DNA from: Anthoceros angustus
Taxonomy: Eukaryota > Plantae > Anthocerotophyta
Length of the DNA: 64,000 bases
Reading direction: 5' to 3'
NCBI GenBank assembly: GCA_010909165.1
Contig: MU008154.1
Location: forward strand, 682,001 to 746,000
Shown: in pieces, positions 9,660 to 22,510 of the stretch
Layout of the letters: each line of letters opens with the position of its first letter
How positions within the stretch are numbered: position 1 is the first letter of the stretch
Translations under genes and position numbers: made by a program
The notes under the pieces: generated by a model
The model's input: the letters and a program-made list of their open reading frames with translations, nothing else
Database searches by the model: none
Told to the model about the DNA's origin: nothing

Positions 9660-12600
9660 TTAGGGACTGCTGAGGAAGTCATGCGACCCCCCCATCCCCA
9701 GACTTTTGACATGACGTTCATGTAGGTCTCTGCCAAGTGCCTTCGTTAAAATATCTGCTGGGTTTTCTTGTGTCGGAACATACTCGAGGTTAATCTTGCC
9801 CTCCTTGATGAGGTCACGTATATTGTGATATTCAACCTCGACGTGCTTGGTCCTCGAATGAAAAACCGGATTTTTAGCTAACGCCATTGATCCTTGATTG
9901 TCAGGCTTGATTGTGGTACATGTAGGTAGGTCTATGCCCATCTCGCTGAAAAGAAGCTTGCACCATGTGACCTCCTTAGCAGCAGCAGTCAGCACTTTGT
10001 ATTCTGCTTCCGTGCTAGATAGAGCTACTGTTGGTTGCTTTTTAGATGACCAGCAAATTGGGCCACCTGCCACACTGACAACATAACCTGAAACAGATTT
10101 TCTGGTGTCTATGTCTCCAGCATAGTCAGAGTCGGTATAAACATCAAGGTCTAAGTTCTGTCCAGGTGTAAACTGGTATTTGATGCCCCTGTGAGGTGTT
10201 CCCTTAAGGTGCCTGAACACACGCTTTACGCATGTCCAGTGTTCTTGTCCCGGGTTCTCCACGAATTGTGAAAGAACTCTTGTAGAGTAAGCAACTTCCA
10301 GCCTTGTAGTGTTAGCAGCATAAATGAGTTTGCCAACACCCTGCCTGTAGGGAATAAGGGCCATCTTCTGTTTTTCTGCATCTGTCTGTGGTGACATCTG
10401 CTTGCTTAGCTTCAGACCACTAGGTAGGGGTGTTGCAGCAGGTTTAGCATCCTTCAGCCCTAAGTGTTCTGCACTGTCGAGAAGGTATCGTGGCTGTGTG
10501 AGTGTAATAACCCGCTTTGTCCTGTTGCGCTGTATGTGAATACCAAGGCAACTCTCAAGTGCACCAAGGTTCGACATCTTAAACTTCGTGGCCAGCACGT
10601 TTGTTATTTGGGTGATAAACTTCGAGTTGTTGCTGGACAGTATCAAGTCATCAACATACACTGCCAGGTAACACACTACATCACCTTTCCTGTAAATGTA
10701 CAGACTGCCATCTGCCTTGCTTTTGACGAAGCCTAAGGCTAACAACTCCTCATCTAGAACTTCATTCCACGCCATAGCAGACTGCTTCAGCCCATATAAC
10801 GTTTTGATGAGTTTTAGGACATGATCTTCTTTCCCCTTAACCTCATAGCCTGGAGGCTGTTGCATATAAATTTCTGTGTCAAGCTTGCCGTTGAGGAAAG
10901 CCGTCTTCACGTCGAACATTTGCAGTTCATAGTCTTTGTACGCTGATACTGCACATAATGCTCGCAGGGTTGCTATCTTCACCACAGGGTCGAAAGTCTC
11001 AAGATAGTCCAGCCCTGGTACTTGGGAAAACCCTCGAGCTACCAGGCGGGCCTTATATCTGTCGAACGTGCCATCAGCCTTCACTTTCAGCTTAAACACC
11101 CACTTGCAAGAAACCATTTTGCATCCTGGAGGTAACTTTGCTAGCTCCCATGTTCCATTTTCGATTAAGGAATCATATTCGGACTATTTAGCCTTCTTCC
11201 ACTCTGCACTATCAGGCCTGCTCAATGCCTCTTCATAGGACTGTGGCTCTATGGGATCGAGAGCAATTGCAGCATGTGCCCTAGCAGAACGAAAGTCTGG
11301 AGCTTGATAATAGTCAGGAGCTCGTCTTTCTCGAGTGGGATAACGTGGTTCTTGTGATGGGGCTATTGCAGGTTCAGGCTGGGTTTTAACATGATCATCC
11401 TCATGTGCTTCAGCTTGATCATCCTCAACCTCAGAGACAGCATCTGGAGCTTTGGGCTCTGGAGGATGGTGGTCCTGCAAATTATCTGGCTGATCTGGCA
11501 AAGTTTCGCCGGTCAGGCATAGCAGGTTGTGGATGTTCATCATCATATTCTTTTCCGACTGAGAAGTTGTTCCCTCCTGCAGGAGCGGCATCCTGGAGAG
11601 CGGGAGCCTGAGTGCCATGGTCAGTGAGATCAAAGTGAGACACATCGGCCAGAGGATCATCATCATCTGCAGAGGTTGAAAGGTCTGGAGCATTCTGAAC
11701 TCCTCCCACTGACGCCCAAGTGCGTGTCTCGTCAAATGTAACACTTCGAGCATAGATGACCTTGTTGGAGGGTACATCATATAGCTTGTAAGCTTTTATC
11801 CCCTCCGTGTAACCTAGCATCAACAACTTGCGAGCCTTGTTCTGAAACTTCTTTCGTTTCTCTTTAGGAATGAAGGCGTACGCAAGACATCCGAAAGTCC
11901 TCAAGTGAAGTATTGAAGGCTTCCGTCCTGTAAAGGCTTCATAGGGTGTCATCCCAACAACTGAATTTGTGGGCAGCCTGTTGCGAAGGTAGGTTGCGGT
12001 CATGAGAGCTCCAAGATGTAAGGAAAACTGAGCTGCAGAAGTAAAGAGGAGATTGCCTCCTAAATGATTCATGTGCCTCTGCGACTCCATCTCAGGAGTG
12101 TAGACAACTGTGAGTTGTCGTCCTATGCCTTCAGCTAGGCAGTAGTCATGGAATTCCTTAGAGGTAAATTCACCCCCATTGTCAGACCGAAGTGTCTTCA
12201 AAGACTTCCCTGTCCATCTCTCAACATATTTGATATACTGTTTGAAGTAGTTAAAGCATTGGCTTTTGTTCTGCAGGATATAGGTGGTGACAAATCTGGT
12301 CTTGTCATCGGTGAACGTCAGAAAGTATCGTCCACCACCTATGGATGCTTGTGAGAGAGGGCCACACAGGTCAGTATGTACGAGCTCAAGAATGTCTGCA
12401 GCTCGGTGAGGGGCCTTATTTCCTGGCGGCCAGCCGCTTTTGACAACACACACACGCTCACAACAGGTAGGCGCTCAAAGGGCCTATCTGTCCATCTTGA
12501 CATGTATCACTGCATACTAACTCGCAGCTTGGCTGTATGAGGGTGACCTAGGCGTGCATGCCCCAACTTAGCTTTTTGATCTGCGTGCAGGCTTGGGAGA

Positions 12601-14015
12601 CGCCTGCAAGATGGGACTGCCATCTCCACTGTATGTAGACCTAAATGCATCATGGTCTGATGACCCATAGGCAAGTATCTTCCTATGATCATAAGCGTCT
12701 ATCACCTGGCATTCTGTCCTAGTGAACAAAACATGACTGTTATTATCAGCATTCAGCCTTCTAACTGATATGAGATTTCTTGTCATGTCTGGCACGTAAT
12801 ACACATCCTGCAATGTGAGGGTGACTCCAGATGGAACTGACAAGTCTATCGTGCCACGACCAGGAGATACTAGGGATCTATCATCACCTAGGTACACATA
12901 CTGATCCTTAACTGGTCTGTATGTCTTGTATGCATTTCTGTCAAAACAGATATGCGCAATAGCGCCTGTATCTAGATACCACTTAACAAATGGTCTAACA
13001 TCAACCTTGGATGACAGGCATGTAGGGAGCAAGAGTGGACTAGCAAACTCCCTTGTCCCAACGGTAAGGGCAGATGGAGTGTTTTGCTTTTTGACCACCA
13101 CGTGACCTTCAAAGATCGGACCCTCCTTGAGGAACCCGTGATTGCTTCTTGCGACACCACGCTCCCAAAGGACTGAGAATTTTGGCACCAATGGCAAGTA
13201 CCTGACTTTTTACTCTTCTTGTTAGAGTTGGTGGCAGCAGAGTTGCTTGAGCCTGCAGCAGGAGCTCCTTGCGAGCCTCCTCTGTTGGAACGAGAAGAAC
13301 TTGCTCCTCCTCGTCCTTGTGACTGGTATCTCCCACTTCCTCTCCCACGTCCAGATGTGTACAAAGCCTGCTGTTTGCCTGAACGTTTCTGGTTGCCCTT
13401 AGAGGCTTCTTCTTCCAGCAAAACTCCAACAAACTCAGCAAAGCTTGTTTCTAGCAGTGTCACTTTAGCAGCTTGTGCTAACTTAGTCACTAGCGAGGGA
13501 CCTGTGTGTGAATAAAATTCGACTGTGACTCCGCAATGTAGAGCATCGAACATGGACAGCTGTTTGTCCTTCATGGTTTCCCCTGAGGCTTCTTCTAACC
13601 TAGAGGCAAGTGTTCTGAATACTCCTATGTGTTTTTCAATGGAATCTCCATCCTTCATCTTCAAGTTATGGAGACTGCGCATTGCTGCCATGACAGAGGC
13701 GTCATTTCTTCCAGAAAACAGGTCTCGCAAACGTGTCCAAATCTCCTCAGCAGTCTTGGCCCCTCCAGTCTGTCTCAACATCTCAGATGTTAGCCCAGAC
13801 CGGATCAGGAACATAGCAGCATCATTTTTGACCTGCCACGCCTCAGCTTCGGATCCTTCAGACAAAGGTTTGGTCTCGATGCCCGTAGCAACTTTCCACA
13901 ACCTTCTGTTTTGCAAAGCACCTTGCATCCGGATGACCCAGATGTCATAATCAGTCCCGTTGAATCTGTCCTCTTTCCGGAACCCATCTCCAGCAATACT
14001 GGCTGTTTCTGACAT
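9660..14015 (-). CDS. copia-1 gag-pol polyprotein (several frameshifts, one stop)
   Basis: gag FNGTDYDIW; protease WYLDTGAIAHIC; HARLGHP; integrase LELVHTDLCGP..LRSDNGGEF; RT KARLVARGFSQ..YVDD; RNaseH YTDSDYAGD..SSTEAEY..ADILTKAL. Confidence 0.95.
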
Positions 14016-14198
14016 GTTGAAAATATTGTCAAACTTCGTTGTGTTGTCAGGTTCGGGTCCCGATTCAAATCGTGGATGTGATTCGGTATCGATCGTGATC
14101 GTGAACAGGTCAAGGATCGTATTGCCTTCGTGTTCTTCCTTCCTACGCGAGGCATAGGGCATGCTCACATGCAACAAAGGGAACTAAATGATGTCTAA

Positions 14199-14735
14199 TC
14201 ACAGAATGTGAGCAGGGTAAGCATTTCCTGCCATTCCTAATTCTGCCAATTGCAGCGTGTCTTGCTGTGCTAGACGTCTTTCTATTTTATTGTTTCTAGA
14301 CTCCCATCTATTAAAGGAGTATGTAGCACAAGAGGGACAGGAGTTAGGTGTATCAAACCTATGTCTCCTACTTGTATTGACAACCTTCCTGCATGCAACT
14401 CCTCGTGAGATGGGGTTAGCAAGCAGCTGTGGCTTCAACAGGGTCAGAAGCTTAAAATCCAAGTGAGAAATCTGCTCTTTCAAATCTTGTAAGTCAACGT
14501 TAGCAGCTATCACCTTTCTGCCTATTGATTTGCAGTTCCTGTCGATATGCTGCTCATGTGACTCAAGTCTGGTCACAAGTTGTGTGACTCCTGTGTGTGG
14601 TGTGACCTGCGTTGTTAGGAAAGCTCTGGGCTGGCCGTTACCGTCAAACGCACGTTGCACACGTACTTCAGGCAGATTCAAAGGATTTCTGGCTGTAGGA
14701 GCAAATCCCAAGTGCCTCTCTTCAGGATACAGCAC
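14199..14735 (-). CDS. Extra sense ORF (178 aa) in the copia-1 5' leader, unknown function
   Basis: Open frame between PBS and gag, with a heptad-like stretch (LQDLKEQISHL) and CPSC; no recognised homology. Confidence 0.4.
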   Translation of the reverse strand: MLYPEERHLGFAPTARNPLNLPEVRVQRAFDGNGQPRAFLTTQVTPHTGVTQLVTRLESHEQHIDRNCKSIGRKVIAANVDLQDLKEQISHLDFKLLTLLKPQLLANPISRGVACRKVVNTSRRHRFDTPNSCPSCATYSFNRWESRNNKIERRLAQQDTLQLAELGMAGNAYPAHIL

Positions 14736-15286
14736 TTCAAGGATTGAATCAAAAGCTTCATGCGATTACATTGCATGAAAAGTGGCGAGCGATTCACGTC
14801 CACCCGATAGCTCTAAAGAGTTGTTCAAGTGTTAGGGATCACATGCTTGCCCCGCGCGATTCTGCCTTTGTGGAATCCTCAGGCGCGCCTGTTGGCCTTG
14901 ATTATGTGCCATCTACAATGGCCTGAACTCTAGTTGCCAGAATGCTTTCTAAATGCATTCTGAATTTGTTTTGTGTAAATTACTTTAATTTCTTCATGCA
15001 ATTTGCCAAATCTGGCAGTTGTCCTAGTGTGCCTTTGCCAGAATTGCTCAAAGTAGCAGTCTGATACAAGACGCACTAGGATGCACTCCTAGATCTGCAA
15101 ACTTGTATGATTCTTTTAAAGAAAACAACTCAAAGTTCAGTTCTTGATTTTTATTTGCTTTTCTTGCTTAAAACCTATTTTCTAAACAAGAAATAGCCAA
15201 AGATACATGTTTGTGCATATCTCTCCATGCACAATTTAATGTGCATTCTCTAGAATGCAATCCACATAGTCATAGCTCTGATACCA

Positions 15287-15541
15287 TGACAATTTATATG
15301 GTATATGTGGATCAATTAAACACTTAGAATAATTACATTGTATATTGTATCAACAAGAAGTTAATGCCTAATGAACGAAAAGACAACTTAATTTAATAAA
15401 CCAAAAGGTATGACTATTCAGCTAACGGACGTAACCCTAGCGAACAGGTATTAACTTAAATAACCTCATGTTCACACTAAGTATATAAAAGGAAGCTAAA
15501 ACCCTAAACCCTTATCATGATTCAACATATATATCTCATCA
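15287..15541 (-). repeat. copia-1 5' LTR
   Basis: Directly followed on minus by the PBS. Confidence 0.97.
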
Positions 15542-16179
15542 AGTTCCCTGGGCATTGCCACACACCCAAAGCAAAGCAACTTCACAGCAACCATTCACAA
15601 GGGGAGCAACTCGTTAGGCACTGAGGAGCAGCAGTCCTCCACCAAGCACCGACCACGCGACTTCCTCTCTCTACGACTGCGTTGGCTCAAGACGGAGTTC
15701 CTTTACAAGAGCAAAGGGCTCACGAGTATGGAAGCGCAAGACATGATACTTTACTTTGTGAAATCCTCCTTAGCAACTTCACCTAAGAGCATCCTTAAAG
15801 GATGTCAGTCTATCTCACCTATCCTTCCTATTCTCTCCTAGTTCATTAATGGCCTTTGACCATACCTAGTCCTAATCCTGCTGAGGTAGGGACGTCCTGT
15901 GGATTGGCTCTCTCGCCCTCCTTTTGCTCCTGTCCCCTCCCCAAATTATGTCTTCTTCCTAGCTTGTGGGGCAAGTACTATGTTGCCCCTCCCTCCTGCT
16001 CCGCGGGGCGGCGTCCTGATCCCTCTCATCATCCAGCAATCGCGCCCCCGCCACGCCCTCAGGCGTCCTTGCTTCTACCTTCCGCGATCTGGCAGTGCTC
16101 CTTCCATCAACACCCTACCGCGGTAGTCTGGTAGACTACCGGGGTAGTCTGACCCTCATTCTTTCCTTTCTTCCTCCCA

Positions 16180-19100
16180 TGTGATGCTTTTGATCACCGG
16201 AAGGTCTCAGCTTATGGATCATCTAATTAAGATCTTTTCCGTCTTCACACAAATATTGGTGTTGCCCAAACCCACTTGGCTTCACAGGCTCCAGACGCCT
16301 CTGCAAAACAGATTGACAAAGCCAAGTTATGGCATGCCCGTTTAGGTCATCCCCATAGTGCTAAGCTGCAGAAGCTAGCTACTAGTGATGTTTATTATGA
16401 TGGCAAGATAGGCACTCTGCCACCCTTACCTTTGTGTGAAGCGTGTGTGTTTTCCAAGCGGCACCAGGCAGCTTTCAAGAACAAGACTCCACATCGAGCT
16501 TCAGAATTTCTTGAATTGGTTCACACTGATATATGTGGGCCTCTCTCACAGCCTTCCCTTGGTGGCGGTCGATATTTCCTTACGTTCACTGACGACAAAA
16601 CACGTTTTGTTATAGCCTACGTCCTGAAGGCTAAGAGTGAATGCTTCTTTCTTTTCAAAGACTATTTGAAGTATGTAGAGAGATGGATTGGAAAACAATT
16701 AAAGACCCTTCGATCTGACAATGGTGGTGAATACACATCTAATGAGTTTCAAGCCTATTGTGCAAATGAAGGGATAGGCAGACAACTTACCGTTGTTTAC
16801 ACGCCACAACAGAATGGTGTAGTCGAACGCTTGAATCTCACCCTTCAAGAGATGATTTCATCTTTGCTACATCAAGCTTCTCTGCCTCTTCCTTATTGGG
16901 CTAAGGCTCTTATGACAGCTGTTTACCTTACAAACAGGTTGCCTACTACTGCTGTAGACGGACAGACACCTTTTGAAGCTTTCTTTGGCATAAAACCTTC
17001 TCTCCAACATCTTCGCACATTTGGATGCATTGCTTATGCTTTTATTCCCAAGGAGAAGCGGAAGAAGCTATCTGCAAAGGCACAAAGACTTCTCATGATC
17101 GGTTATACTGAAGGGATCAAGGCATATAAACTCTATGATGCCTCCCGTGATAAGGTGGTCTACTCACGTAGTGTTACTTTTGACGAAGGGCGCTTTTGGA
17201 CAACAGTGGGAGCTGCTCCCACCTATGAGGAGGATGATTACCTTTCTGCCCTCCCTGATGTCACTATCTTTGATGATTCTACTCTCGAGTCGATTGCTCC
17301 TGCAGGGGGGGAAGAGCAGCAAAATGATGAGCAGGCAGTAGAGATAGAAACTGTTGATTTTGCTGATCAGCAGCAGCAACCTCCAATTGACATTCGGCCA
17401 TATCCACCTGATCCAGCTGATGATGATGCTGATGATCCGACGACTGGCGCATCTCCGGCGTGATTTTGATGATGTTCAAGACTCGAACAAGCTCCAAAAC
17501 GTCGTTATCCTACAAGGGAACGACGTGCTCCAGATTATTATCAAGCTCCAGAATTTAGAGCAACTTCTTCCCATGTTCACGTACATTCTGCCCTGGATCC
17601 CATAGAGCCACAAACTTTCCAGGAAGCCTTGAGCAGACCTGATCACAAAGAGTGGGAGAAGGTAATAAAATCAGAGTATGACTCATTGATTGAGAATGGC
17701 ACATGGGAGATAGCCAAACTGCCACCAGGCAGAAAAATGTCTCGTGCAAATGGGTGTTTAAGCTAAAAGTCAAGGTTGATGGTACCTTTGATAGGTATAA
17801 GGCCCGGCTTGTTGCGAGAGGTTTCTCTCAAGTTCCAGGACTTGACTATTTTGAGACTTTCGCTCCAGTTGTAAAGCTAGCAACCCTGCGCACCATATGT
17901 GCCATATCAACTTACAAAGATTATGAGCTGCAGATGTTTGATGTCAAAACTGCATTTCTTAATGGAAAGCTTGATACTGAAATCTATATGCAGCAACCTC
18001 CTGGTTATGAGGTAAAGGGCAAAGAAGAATATGCTTGCAAACTAATTAAATGCCTGTACAGACTGAAATAGTCAGCTATGAAGTGGAATGAAGAGCTGGA
18101 CAGAGAACTACTAGCTCTAGGATTCACTAAAAGCAATGCTGATGTGTAAACTATCTGGATTTCGAAACTCCCTGTTGGATTGTGTCTTTGAGTGATTTTT
18201 TGTTTTTTTCTGCTAAGTTTGGTGTCAAAACGAGCTAGGTTGTCAGTAGGAAGGGATATTTATACTAGAAAGTGTCCTTGACCTATGAGTTTTTGGGTTG
18301 TTTCGGGTTGAATAATAATCGGTCCTTAGACTATGAACTCGATACTCCTTGGCCTTTGGTCTAATATCAATATCTAATAGAAAGTCTATATATGTGGGAG
18401 GGGGTCCCCATATTTGGCGTAGGTCCAGGCTAGAGGTCGAACCAACCGAAGTTGAACTGGTGTGTGGTCGCCGATCGTGGGACTATGTTTCAAGACGGTT
18501 GGCGAACCGGGCGGTCGTGGAAGGAAGGAGCGGTCGCGAAGAAGAAGTGGTAGCGGTTTGCCATCGTAGAGTTTCCGGGAAATATAACCCTAAGGGAACT
18601 CGAAGGCAGGGGCGGGCCGGGTAGCTCCAGACGATCCCCGACTGTGGCACGAGCTCGCACGAGGTCAGAAGGGCAGCGTGGCGGGAGCTCGCGATTCTCG
18701 GAAGGAAGAAACCCCGGGGATTGACCAAGTTGGAGATTCCGAGGCAGTTATCAGCAATCGAGGCGTGGGCGTGAGGGTTTTGCAGAGCATGGCGCCCAAG
18801 GTTGCAGCAGAATTAACGCCTAATGGCCAAATATGGACCATTGGAGGGTCCGAGGTGGAGGATTGGTGAGGGAGCTGGGACTTGGGATCATGGAAAACAA
18901 AGGAGAGTTTATGGGAGGATTTTCCAGATAAACGAGGAAGGAGGACCCAAAAGAAGAAAGGACGAAGGGCCAACCAAATCGGAGGGGAGTGCGGAGATAA
19001 CATGGGAGTAGTGGCATCCTAGGAATAGAACTTTGGATAGGATGCCATCTTGGACCTAAGGCCCGAAATTGTAGGGCGCCTTCGCTCAGCTTTTAGGACG

Positions 19101-21129
19101 AAAGTGGCTATGACTCAAAGAATTGTATAAAGGGGCTTGGTGCCCCTCACATCGAGCAACTCTGGTTGAGATCCCCACGCCGCCTGTGGCTGTGGAGACG
19201 TCCGATTGACAGAGGTGGTGTGCGCGAGACGCCCTAGGGGTGGTAGAGCTTGCTGCAACCGGGGAGGAGGGGTGATAGAGCAATCTTGGCCGACAAAGGA
19301 GGAGGAAACCAAGGGATTGGGGGGCGGTCCGGAGCTTGCTCGTAACGCCCGCCAGGACGCCTGGGGTTCTTCTTTCCTTCACCCTTGTTCCCGTAGTTGT
19401 GTTCAAATTGAGAGAGAAGTGTTGAGTGGATGGTTGGAAGCTGGGCGAATTGAGGGAGAGAGAGAGAGAGAAGATTGGGTGAAGGAGTGATTGAACATCA
19501 GATGGCGAGGTGTAAGAGGAGTTGAGAAGGGAATTAATTGAGAGACTAGGAGATTTGTGTGGATCCAAAATAATCCAAACCGTGTGGAAGTGTGCACAAG
19601 AGGAAACAGATTCCTTGTGGAATTGTGTGAGGGTGGCGCCTTTGTGTGTGTGGAGAACGGTTGAGAGGATTGGTCTAGGAATTGTGTGTGCATGAAGTGT
19701 GGAGTGCCAAATAAAGTCCGATCAGTGAGCACGGTAGCGTGCGGGGATCGCGCTGGCGCCGAGATGAGTTGCTAGGGTTTGGTGGGACCCACCTCGTAGT
19801 CAAGCCACCGGTAGTGGAATGAGTGGAATAGATTTGTCGTGGAATAGATTTTGGTCGTGGAATGAGACCGGGTGGAATGAGATTGGTAGTTGGACAAGTC
19901 GGGAGGTAGTAGTAGTTGAGTAGATAGGTAAGAGGAGTGTAAGTCCCGACTTAGGCAAAGGTCGAGTGATAGAAGTTAGCGCCTCGGCACAAACCATTCC
20001 CTTGGGAGCGAATCCTAGGCCTACAACGACATTGAGGGTGAATGTGGACCTCACGGTGTCCCTAGACACAAATTCACACTCCACATGATGGCAGCTTATA
20101 CATATACAGAAATGGAGACATCGTGTGTTACTTAGCTGTTTACGTCGATGATCTCATTCTCTCAGCAATAGCCAGGCTTACATTGACAAGATAACAGATC
20201 TCCTGGCCAAAAGGTTCAAAATGTCAAATCTAGGCCCACTTCAGAGTTGCCTTGGCATCCATATTCAAAGGAATCGACTTACCAAGGTCATAACTTTGAC
20301 ACAACCTAGATATTTGCTGGACAGTGCTGAACAGTTTGGCCTCAAGGACGCCAAAGTTGCAGCCACACCTCTTCCTAGTGGCTTGAAGCTCAGCAAGAGC
20401 ATGTCACATGTCACACAGGCCGACAAAGATCAGATGGTTAACGTCCCATATAGACAAGGAGTTGGAAAACTCATATATGCTACGAACACAACCAGACCTG
20501 AGGTAGCCTATGCTACTAGTATCTTGTCCCAATACTTGGAAAATCCTGGACAGGAACATTGGAGCTGTGTTAAACGAGTATTCAGGTACCTAAAAGGGAT
20601 TGCACACAAAGGTATAAAGTACTCTTACCAATTAGGAGCACCTCTGGACTTGGAAGTTTACACAGACTCTGACTATGCCGGAGATATGGATATGTTTCAG
20701 GCTATGTGGTTGGTGTTGTAGGAGGACCCATATCTGGTCCGGCAAGAAACAGCCAACAATGGCTCTGTCCAGCACCGAGGCAGAATATTGATGTTGATAG
20801 CAGCAGCCAAAGAAGTAGTTTGGTGTAAGCTGTTGTTCTCAGAGCTAGGGATTGACCTTCCAACCTGCACAATAATAAACACTGACAACCAAGGATCGAT
20901 GGCCCTTGCTAAAAATCCCGTCTTCCATTCAAGGACTAAGCATGTGGAAGTAGACTATCATTACATCCGGGAGTTAGTAGTAGCAGGGACAATCAGACTT
21001 CAATATGTTCCAACACAGGACAATCCAGCAGATGTCCTAACAAAAGCACTTGGACGTGAACTACATGAGAAGCATGTGAAAGGTTTAGGACTAGGAGAAT
21101 CAAGTACTTTCCTAGCTAATCCCACCTAA
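16180..21129 (+). pseudogene. copia-2 pol (integrase, RT, RNaseH) with stops, frameshifts and a solo-LTR insertion
   Basis: LWHARLGHP..CEAC; VHTDICGP; SDNGGEY; KARLVARGF; YVDD at ~20141; YTDSDYAGD; ADVLTKAL. Confidence 0.95.
18145..20085. mobile_element. Solo LTR (1941 bp), probably gypsy
   Basis: TG..CA ends flanked by a perfect 5-bp TSD tgatg (18140-18144, 20086-20090); removing it restores RT SNADGSLY. Confidence 0.9.
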
Positions 21130-21205
21130 TCCCTTAGTGCCACTGCTGCCTTAGCCCCAGCTAGGATTCTGATTGTCTGTCTCCGAAGAAGGCTCCTCTC
21201 GAGTG

Positions 21206-21985
21206 TCATTCGAATCGTAGTCTGTCAAGGTGTGAAATGGAATCGGAGTAGCCTGAGGACATGTAGTCCTCAGGGGGAACTTTTCTCTCCACCAACTTGC
21301 TCAGAGACATCTGGACATGCGAATGATAATGTTCGACAAAGTGGGAGCTAATTGGCAAACAATGGAGAATGGTCAGTGGGCTTACGATAATAGCTAATGA
21401 CATGGTAAAGGAACTCTCCGCAATTGCATACTTGGGTTCTCTTCATGACTTACCAGTTTTGCGGCAGCGATACCATAGGGGGGAGTTTGGACAGGCAATC
21501 GACCCCAACGTCACAATTGTGGTGTCTCCGATGAGGCTCCCGTGAGGGAACTTCACTGACAGGTCAGGTTTCTTCTCTCCTTTCTCATACATGGCAACGG
21601 GACCAGAAAAGGAATAATCTGGCAATGGCTGGGGGACAAAAGACACATGATTAGTATATGCAGCAGCGCTCGGCCTGGAAGAAAAACCCATGTTTGATGC
21701 GAGCGCCCGAGCAGCCGCAGAGAGCGAAAGAGACGCCGCCTCCACCTTCCTTCCAAGAGCAGCAGCAGCCGTAGATGATGCCTCCACTTTCCTTGCAACT
21801 AACACAGCCCTTGTTGTGCCCCGAGGGCGGCCACGACCTCTCTTAATTGGTGTTGAGCTTGATGGCGCCTCAATCTTTCTTGCAGACAAGGCAGTTGTCC
21901 TAGAAATCTTCTTTCCGACAGAGCGGCCCTTGCTATCTCTCAGGTAACGGCGAGCGGCCCTCACCTCCTTAGAGGAAGAAGACAT
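21206..21985 (-). CDS. Antisense accessory ORF of copia-2: AT-hook plus a Cys/Trp-containing domain
   Basis: MSSSSKEV...PIKRGRGRPRG (AT-hook, ~21820-21843)...DTTIVTLGSIACPNSPLWYRCRKTG[fs]VMKRTQVCNCGEFLYHVISYY. Confidence 0.75.
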
Positions 21986-22249
21986 GTTGATCAGCTTACA
22001 TTCAAGCAGCTCTCTAACAAGGATGCTGAGTGTAAAAAGGGTGAACAACGTTATCACGCACCTGGTCTTTAATGGCTTTTGGGCTGCGTGGTCCATTAAG
22101 TGCCGAGCGTAAGAGTTTTAGGGCATAACGCAGGTAGAAACGAGGCACTCACAGCTGAGAGTTGGCATTGGCATCTGAGCTGGAGCGAAGGACTGGAGCT
22201 AGTAGTCAGACTGTGAAATAAATCTCCCGAAATGATCAACAAGTGGGAG

Positions 22250-22510
22250 TGAAGAAGTATAGTGTGTTGAGCATTTACGTGAATCAGGTTGCAATAATCA
22301 ACATACGTAATCATAAGGGTAGCTGAAAATAAATGTTAGTAAGTACTTGTTCATTAGGGTTGTGTCTCATGGCGAACCGTCATGTCGTTTTAAGTTCTAG
22401 TTTAAGTAATGTCTTTTCATAATAAGCATTTAAGCCTTTTTCTTGATATACAATGATATATGTAATTACTAAATGAGTAATTGATCTACACTTATTCCTC
22501 TAATTTGTTA
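22250..22510 (+). repeat. copia-2 3' LTR
   Basis: Begins TG right after the PPT; ends aatttgtta versus aattgtca in copia-1. Confidence 0.85.

Larger units (their letters stand above)
8268..15541 (-). mobile_element. Full-length Ty1/copia LTR retrotransposon (copia-1), young
   Basis: 255-bp LTRs at 8268-8522 and 15287-15541 differ at 3 positions seen by eye. PBS tggtatcagagc at 15275-15286 (tRNA-iMet). PPT aagtgggag at 8523-8531 on minus. Domain order gag-PR-INT-RT-RH. Confidence 0.97.
6425..16179 (-). mobile_element. 5' portion of an Athila-like gypsy element (LTR 7659-8267 + 15542-16179, PBS, leader, gag start), split by copia-1
   Basis: PBS 7637-7654 (gtccccggcaacggcac, reverse complement of the tRNA-Asp-type tggcgccgttgccggggac). 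LTR ends tgtgggagggaaa (7659) and tttcttcctccca (16179) are inverted repeats. Confidence 0.75.
16180..22510 (+). mobile_element. Ty1/copia element (copia-2), 5' part missing, related to copia-1
   Basis: Protease tail/INT/RT/RH are highly similar to copia-1. PPT aagtgggag at 22241-22249. The 3' LTR 22250-22510 is homologous to the copia-1 LTR 3' end. Confidence 0.95.
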
